This document shows, piece by piece, positions 55,108 to 60,623 of a stretch of 60,623 bases of DNA. Position numbers and translations under genes: made by a program. The first letter of the stretch is position 1; each line of letters opens with the position of its first letter. This stretch comes from Patescibacteria group bacterium (GTDB taxonomy: Bacteria; Patescibacteriota; Patescibacteriia; JBHPGJ01): the NCBI GenBank assembly GCA_042570545.1, contig JBHPGJ010000009.1, positions 1-60,623 of the forward strand, read 5' to 3'. A model generated the notes under the pieces. That model made no database searches. It saw only the letters and a list, made by a program, of their open reading frames with translations, and was not told the DNA's origin.

Positions 55108-56586
55108 ATGTCTATGGAAGTATCTAATGATCAGTGGGAGAATAGGATATCCAAGCTAAATGAACTTAGGAAACTTGGCATAAAGCCATACCCATCAAAA
55201 TCGGATAAAGAGGTGAGCTCTTCATATCTGGTAAGTAATTTTTCTGAACTAGAAAAAAAAGATAAAATAATAAAATATGCCGGACGTATTATGACCATAC
55301 GTGGACACGGCGGATCTACCTTTATGCACCTACAAGATGAGAAAGGAAGATTTCAAGTATACATTAAAAAAGATGTTATTGGTGATGATAAATACAGTAT
55401 TATTAAAAAATATCTTGATCTGGGAGATTTTATATCAGTCAGTGGTAAGTTATTTACGACAAAAAAAGGTGAACCGTCCATTATGGTGGATGATTTTGAA
55501 TTATTGGCCAAGAGTCTAAATCCTTTACCGGAAAAGTGGCACGGATTAAAAGATACTGACTTAAGGTTTAGAAATAGACATCTTGATATGATCATGAATC
55601 CAGAAATGATAAAGATATTCAGGACCAGATCTAAAATAATTGATACTTTGAGATCGCAATTAAACAACTGGGATTATTTAGAAGTTGAAACTCCTACCTT
55701 ACAACCTATTTATGGTGGCACTTTGGCCAAACCATTTAAAACAAAATTTAACGCCGTTAACCGAGAAGTTTACTTACGGATTTCAAATGAACTATATCTT
55801 AAAAGATTAATAGCTGGTGGATTAGAAAAGATATATGAATTCTCTGTTGATTTTAGAAACGAAGGTATTGATACGACACATAATCCAGAATTTCTGCAAC
55901 TTGAAACAATGACCGCCTATAACGACTACGAAGACTCAATGAAATTACTTGAAGAGTTATTATATCAAATGGTCTTGACTATAAATCAAAGTCCTAATAT
56001 TACTTACCAAAACAAGAAAATATCTTTTAAGAAACCCTGGAATAAAATCTCATTTCCTAACGAGTTGAAAAAAATAACCGGAGTCGATTTTACTAAATCG
56101 TTAAATAATTTTGAGTTACTACAAGGACTTAATAAAAAGGGGATTAAGATTGAAAAATCAGCTCAAAATAATAAGGGCAAAATAGCTGAAAAGATATTAG
56201 ACGAACTAATAGCACCAAATATTGTAAATCCAACAATTGTTTATGATTATCCGATTGAGACTTCTCCTCTAGCCAAAGAAAAAGATGGATTGCCAGGCTG
56301 GGTTGAAAGATTTGAGTTTTTCATAGCTGGTAAAGAAATTGGAAATGTTTATTCAGAATTAAATGATCCAATTGCTTTAAGAAATAATCTTATACAACAG
56401 CAAGAACAATATAAGCAAGGGGATAAAGAAAGTCATCCGGCGGATGAAGATTTTATTAAAACCATGGCCAGCGGTATGCCGCCAACGTCTGGTATCGGTA
56501 TCGGGATAGATAGATTGGTCATGATATTAACTAATCAAACCTCCATCCGCGAAGTAAATTTCTTTCCCATGTTAAAAGAAAAGTGA
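55108..56586 (+). CDS. lysS: Lysine-tRNA ligase, class II (true start may be 55114)
   Basis: PLPEKWHGL, EVETP, YLRISNELYLKRL, FRNEGID..HNPEF, ELNDP, GMPPTSGIGIGIDRL. Confidence 0.97.
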   Translation: MSMEVSNDQWENRISKLNELRKLGIKPYPSKSDKEVSSSYLVSNFSELEKKDKIIKYAGRIMTIRGHGGSTFMHLQDEKGRFQVYIKKDVIGDDKYSIIKKYLDLGDFISVSGKLFTTKKGEPSIMVDDFELLAKSLNPLPEKWHGLKDTDLRFRNRHLDMIMNPEMIKIFRTRSKIIDTLRSQLNNWDYLEVETPTLQPIYGGTLAKPFKTKFNAVNREVYLRISNELYLKRLIAGGLEKIYEFSVDFRNEGIDTTHNPEFLQLETMTAYNDYEDSMKLLEELLYQMVLTINQSPNITYQNKKISFKKPWNKISFPNELKKITGVDFTKSLNNFELLQGLNKKGIKIEKSAQNNKGKIAEKILDELIAPNIVNPTIVYDYPIETSPLAKEKDGLPGWVERFEFFIAGKEIGNVYSELNDPIALRNNLIQQQEQYKQGDKESHPADEDFIKTMASGMPPTSGIGIGIDRLVMILTNQTSIREVNFFPMLKEK

Positions 56587-56602
56587 AATTAAATAAAATC
56601 TT

Positions 56603-57007
56603 ATGATAACTTTAACCGATATAATTATACGATTATTAGTAGCCACTCTTTTTAGCGGCATATTAGGGTTTGAAAGAAAATTAGCTAAAAAGCCAGCCGG
56701 TCTAAGAACTAACATATTAGTTGGCGTAGGCTCTACATTATTAATGATAATTTCCATTGACATGGCTGGTAAGTATGGCAATTTTAATGACGCCGGTAGA
56801 ATTGCGGCACAAATTGTAACTGGTATAGGTTTTCTTGGGGCCGGTGCTATAATTCAATCTCGTGGTGAGGTTCATGGTTTAACGACGGCAGCCACTATAT
56901 GGGCCGTCGCAGCAATTGGCATGGCTGTCGGCATGGGTAATATAATTGCTGCAGCAATTGTTACCGTGCTTGTAATAATCGTTGAATTAGTATTAAGAAA
57001 CGAATGA
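56603..57007 (+). CDS. MgtC/SapB family membrane protein (TM domain only)
   Basis: GFER...KPAGLRT, RIAAQIVTGIGFLGAG, GLTTAATIW. Confidence 0.92.
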   Translation: MITLTDIIIRLLVATLFSGILGFERKLAKKPAGLRTNILVGVGSTLLMIISIDMAGKYGNFNDAGRIAAQIVTGIGFLGAGAIIQSRGEVHGLTTAATIWAVAAIGMAVGMGNIIAAAIVTVLVIIVELVLRNE

Positions 57008-58248
57008 TAGATATTAAAATACTTAGAGAAGATCCTGATCAAATTAAAACCTCAATAAAGAAAAGGGGATTGAGTATTGATCTGAAAAAGATTTCTGACC
57101 TAGATAGACAGGTATTGAATTATATTAAGAAAACAGACGAACTAAGAAGACAACAAAATAAATTATCTAAATCTGAAATCAGCGAAAGCGAAAGAAGTAA
57201 ATTAGTAATATTAAAAAATGATCTTAAGGAAAAATTAAACAAGCTAAAAGAGTTAAGAAATACACTTAATAAAGAATTATCAGAAATCCCTAATCTTATC
57301 TTTGATGAAGTTCCAAGTGGAGATAAAGAGAACAATCAGATAATTGAATTATACAAGAAAAAATCTGAATTCAAATTTAAAAATAAAGATCATATAAAAT
57401 TAACTAGCGATTTAGATATCGTTGATTATGAACGTGGTGCGAAAATGTCTGGTTCGGGTTTTTGGATTTATAAAAAACAAGGAGCAGAATTGGAGTGGGC
57501 CTTATTAAATTATTTCATAGATTTTCACCGGCAAAATAATTATACCTTTATTATTCCACCATTTTTACTAACCCAAGAGTCTGCTTATATTTCTGGACAT
57601 TTACCAAAATTCAAAGATGATCTATATTGGACCGAAGAAAAGTTGTGTTTAAATGCGACTAGTGAGATGATGTTAGGAAATCTTCATCGCAACGAAATAC
57701 TGAAAGAGGAATATTTACCAATAAAATATTATGCTTATTCTACATGTTTTCGGCGCGAGGCTGGTGCTTATCGTACAGAAGAAAGGGGCATGGTTAGGGG
57801 ACACCAATTTAATAAAATAGAAATGTTTCAATTTACTAAACCGAAAAACTCAGATAAGGCCTTTAATGAATTATTTGAAAATGCCAAAAAATTAGTAGAG
57901 GGTCTAGATCTACATTATCAAGCGGTACTACTTTCTGCGGGGGATACAAGTGTTGCCATGGCTAAAACCATTGATCTGGAAGTATGGATACCCAGTATGA
58001 AAAAATATAAAGAAGTAACCAGCATATCCAATGCACTCGATTATCAAGCGCGAAGGGGTAATATTAAGTACAAAAATATTACTAATAATTCAAATGAATA
58101 TGTCCACACTTTAAACGCTTCAGGATTGGCAACTAGTCGATTAGTTCCCGCCATTTTGGAACAATTTCAGATGAATGATGGCTCTGTAAGTATACCCAAG
58201 GCCTTGCACAAATATTTGCCATTTAAAAAGATTGAAATAGATGAATAG
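57004..58248 (+). CDS. serS: Serine-tRNA ligase
   Basis: MIDIKILRE, N-terminal coiled arm, IPN, CFRREAG, HQFNKIE, DYQARR, HTLNASGLA. Confidence 0.97.
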   Translation: MIDIKILREDPDQIKTSIKKRGLSIDLKKISDLDRQVLNYIKKTDELRRQQNKLSKSEISESERSKLVILKNDLKEKLNKLKELRNTLNKELSEIPNLIFDEVPSGDKENNQIIELYKKKSEFKFKNKDHIKLTSDLDIVDYERGAKMSGSGFWIYKKQGAELEWALLNYFIDFHRQNNYTFIIPPFLLTQESAYISGHLPKFKDDLYWTEEKLCLNATSEMMLGNLHRNEILKEEYLPIKYYAYSTCFRREAGAYRTEERGMVRGHQFNKIEMFQFTKPKNSDKAFNELFENAKKLVEGLDLHYQAVLLSAGDTSVAMAKTIDLEVWIPSMKKYKEVTSISNALDYQARRGNIKYKNITNNSNEYVHTLNASGLATSRLVPAILEQFQMNDGSVSIPKALHKYLPFKKIEIDE

Positions 58249-59368
58249 CAGCTGGGTTGAGATAAGTCGTTCAGCTTTAAAGCAAAATCTACGCAACTTT
58301 AAAAAATTAGTTGGCGCTTCAAAACTATTGCCGGTGATCAAGAGCAATGCTTACGGACATGGATTAGAACAAATAGTTGATATAATCAAGACTCAGTCGG
58401 TGTGGGGCGTAGCTGTGGCTGCCACATCAGAAGCATTGATGGTACGTAAATATGGCTACAAGAAACCAGTTCTGGTTTTGAGTTATACCGACACTGATGT
58501 AAAAGAAATTATAAATAAGGATATAAGATTGGCAGTCTACAGTCTATCTTTTGTTAAAGCTTTAAACAGTCGGGCCGTTAAATTAAATAAGATAGTGAAA
58601 GTCCATCTCAACTACGATAGCGGTGGAACAAGATTAGGGTTAACTGATCAATTGTTTATTGAATTAGTTAAAGAAGTAAAAAACCTTAAAAATATAAAAA
58701 TCGAAGGAGTATTTAGCTGGTTAGCTGATTCTGAAGAAATTAATTCACAACTTACAAATTTACAGTTAAAAAGATTTAATATAATAAAAAGTCAGGTACA
58801 CAACCTGATTGGTAAACAGGTGATTTTTCATATCACTTGTACTGCTTCAAATATAAACTATGCTGAAAGTTATCATGAACTTGCCCGGGTGGGTATTGGT
58901 CTTTACGGGCTCTGGCCATCAGTAAAAACGAAAGTTCAATCTGAAATAATCAACAAGTGGTTCAGCATAAAACCAGTTTTGTCTTGGTACACAAAAATAA
59001 TACAAATAAAAACTGTCCCGGCTAGAACTTCAGTAAGTTACGGTCGCACATACACTACCAAAAGAAGGACTAAGATTGCCGTGCTGCCAATTGGTTATTG
59101 GGAAGGATATGACAGGGGATTATCTAATAAGGCAAAAGTGATCATTAATGGAAAACCATGTCCAGTCCGGGGAAAAATATGTATGAACCTAACTATGGTT
59201 GATATTAGTAATATAAAAAACGTTAAAGTAGGTGATAAGGTAATTTTGATAGGTAAAAAGGGCAAAGCAGAAGTAACCGCTGATGAATTAGCGGAAGCCT
59301 GTGGTACAATCAATTATGAAATTGTAACTAGAATTAATCCAACCATTAAAAGAATAACGGTCAAATGA
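58241..59368 (+). CDS. alr: Alanine racemase
   Basis: VIKSNAYGHG (PLP lysine), RVGIGLYG, VSYGRTY, PIGYWEG, GTINYE. Confidence 0.93.
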   Translation: MNSSWVEISRSALKQNLRNFKKLVGASKLLPVIKSNAYGHGLEQIVDIIKTQSVWGVAVAATSEALMVRKYGYKKPVLVLSYTDTDVKEIINKDIRLAVYSLSFVKALNSRAVKLNKIVKVHLNYDSGGTRLGLTDQLFIELVKEVKNLKNIKIEGVFSWLADSEEINSQLTNLQLKRFNIIKSQVHNLIGKQVIFHITCTASNINYAESYHELARVGIGLYGLWPSVKTKVQSEIINKWFSIKPVLSWYTKIIQIKTVPARTSVSYGRTYTTKRRTKIAVLPIGYWEGYDRGLSNKAKVIINGKPCPVRGKICMNLTMVDISNIKNVKVGDKVILIGKKGKAEVTADELAEACGTINYEIVTRINPTIKRITVK

Positions 59369-60474
59369 AAAAGATTAAAGTCGGAGTAATATTTGGCGGA
59401 CAATCAGGAGAGCACGAGGTATCGGTAGTTTCAGCTAGGGCTATTATAGATAATTTAGATAAAACAAAATATGATGTAATACCATTAGCGGTGCTTCCAA
59501 ACGGCCTTTGGTTAAATAATAATGAATCAAATAAATATCTGCTATCAGCAGATGTTAGTAAAATAAAGAAGTTGTCATCAAAAACAAAACAATCAAATAC
59601 ACTGGTACCTTTAACTGATTATGATAACCGTCCATTTGATGTCATATTTCCAATTATACATGGTACATCAGGAGAAGATGGTAAAATCCAAGGCTTGTTT
59701 GAATTAGCCAAGATACCCTTTGTTGGGTCAGAAGTTATTGGTTCAGCCGTGGGGATGGATAAAATTATTCAAAAACAACTATTTGACCAAGCCGGTATTC
59801 CAGTTGTTGAATATCAACAAATACTTTTACCCCAATGGAAAAAAACAAGGAGAACGGTTATTAAAAATATAAATACCAGATTGAAATATCCAGTATTTGT
59901 AAAACCGGCCAATCAGGGGTCATCAGTTGGTATAAATAAAGTAAATAATAAAGCTTCTTTGGTAAAAGCAATTAACATTGGGTTTAAATTTGATCATAAG
60001 GTGATAGTAGAGGAGGCGGTAGCAAATGCTCGCGAATTTGAATGTGCTATCCTGGGCAATGAAAATCCGATAGCCTCAACAGTTGGCGAAGTGATACCAG
60101 GTAATGAATTTTACGATTATGATGCAAAATACGTTGATGAAAATTCATTAACAATTGTACCGGCCAAAATACCAAAAAAATTAATAAAAATTATTAGACA
60201 TATCTCAATAAAAGCCTTTATGACAATTAACGCCATTGGTATGGCCAGGGTTGATTTTCTATACAATAAAAAGACAAGAAAATTATTTTTAAACGAGATA
60301 AATACCGTTCCTGGCTTTGTCAGTATTTCTATGTATCCTAAATTATGGCAGGCTAGTGGTATCTCCTACGCCAGATTGTTAGATAAGCTTATTAAATTAG
60401 CTATTCAACGGCACAACTCAAAGACAAAATTAAGCACAAAATACAAAACAAATAATTGGTACAAAAAAACATGA
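59365..60474 (+). CDS. ddl: D-alanine:D-alanine ligase
   Basis: GGQSGEHEVS, HGTSGEDG, FVKPANQGSSVG, FYDYDAKY, RVDF, NEINTVPGF. Confidence 0.97.
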   Translation: MKKIKVGVIFGGQSGEHEVSVVSARAIIDNLDKTKYDVIPLAVLPNGLWLNNNESNKYLLSADVSKIKKLSSKTKQSNTLVPLTDYDNRPFDVIFPIIHGTSGEDGKIQGLFELAKIPFVGSEVIGSAVGMDKIIQKQLFDQAGIPVVEYQQILLPQWKKTRRTVIKNINTRLKYPVFVKPANQGSSVGINKVNNKASLVKAINIGFKFDHKVIVEEAVANAREFECAILGNENPIASTVGEVIPGNEFYDYDAKYVDENSLTIVPAKIPKKLIKIIRHISIKAFMTINAIGMARVDFLYNKKTRKLFLNEINTVPGFVSISMYPKLWQASGISYARLLDKLIKLAIQRHNSKTKLSTKYKTNNWYKKT

Positions 60475-60623
60475 GGCTACGTTGGCGCCGACTATTAAAT
60501 AAACCAGCCCGTCAAAATCCATATTTCGTAAAGCCCAAACCACAGTTAAATAATTGGTTGAGTAATATCATACCAATAGCTGTTGTAGTTATAATTTTAG
60601 GTCTTATATATGTGGTATTTAAT
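60471..60623 (+). CDS. Probable FtsQ/DivIB N-terminus (3' truncated by window)
   Basis: Translated by hand: MRLRWRRLLNKPARQNPYFVKPKPQLNNWLSNIIPIAVVVIILGLIYVVFN; ATGA overlap with ddl; basic N-tail plus TM; ddl-ftsQ synteny. Confidence 0.55.
   Translation, partial: MRLRWRRLLNKPARQNPYFVKPKPQLNNWLSNIIPIAVVVIILGLIYVVFN

Noticed and set aside
561-59313. The many 60-137 aa ORFs antisense or out of frame within long genes (e.g. 561-860, 21782-22195, 25541-25870, 47517-47909, 54683-54997)
   Set aside because: They lie wholly or mostly within well-supported genes and have no motifs; expected shadow ORFs.
1-60623. Genetic code 25 (TGA=Gly) as in Gracilibacteria/Absconditabacteria
   Set aside because: Conserved genes are full length under code 11, and TGA stops sit at expected ends and in ATGA overlaps (murC, alr, ddl, holB).

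Overview
AT-rich, densely packed core-genome segment that uses the standard genetic code (TGA and TAG both act as stops). Gene content points to a Patescibacteria (CPR) genome, most plausibly a Parcubacteria/ABY1-like lineage; this is inferred, not searched. In order, the window holds: the end of pyrG; rpmA; a type IV pilus assembly operon (pilBCMNO, no secretin); a GT-C glycosyltransferase; a partial dcw cluster (mraY-murD-ftsW-murG-murC-murB); hpf-secA; a Nudix gene broken by an in-frame TAG; an FG-GAP/L,D-transpeptidase fusion; secDF; a sigma-region-4/HARE-HTH protein followed by a membrane protein and a VirD4/HerA-like ATPase; mnmA; a short alaS; the infA-rpmJ-rpsMKD-rpoA-rplQ-rplM-rpsI operon; a surface glycan cluster containing an mreB paralogue; holB; a beta-propeller lipoprotein; frr-rseP-proS; mreBCD-mrdA; greA-lysS-mgtC-serS-alr-ddl; and a probable ftsQ start. 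I saw no tRNA, rRNA, CRISPR array or mobile element. The best leads are: (1) two promoter-proximal structured RNA leaders with mutually exclusive pairings (18845-19000 before the L,D-transpeptidase; 30400-30540 before infA); (2) a SecD with an apparently circularly permuted parvulin PPIase inserted in its P1 domain; (3) an RNA polymerase alpha subunit with no CTD, in a genome that also encodes a stand-alone sigma4/delta-like protein.
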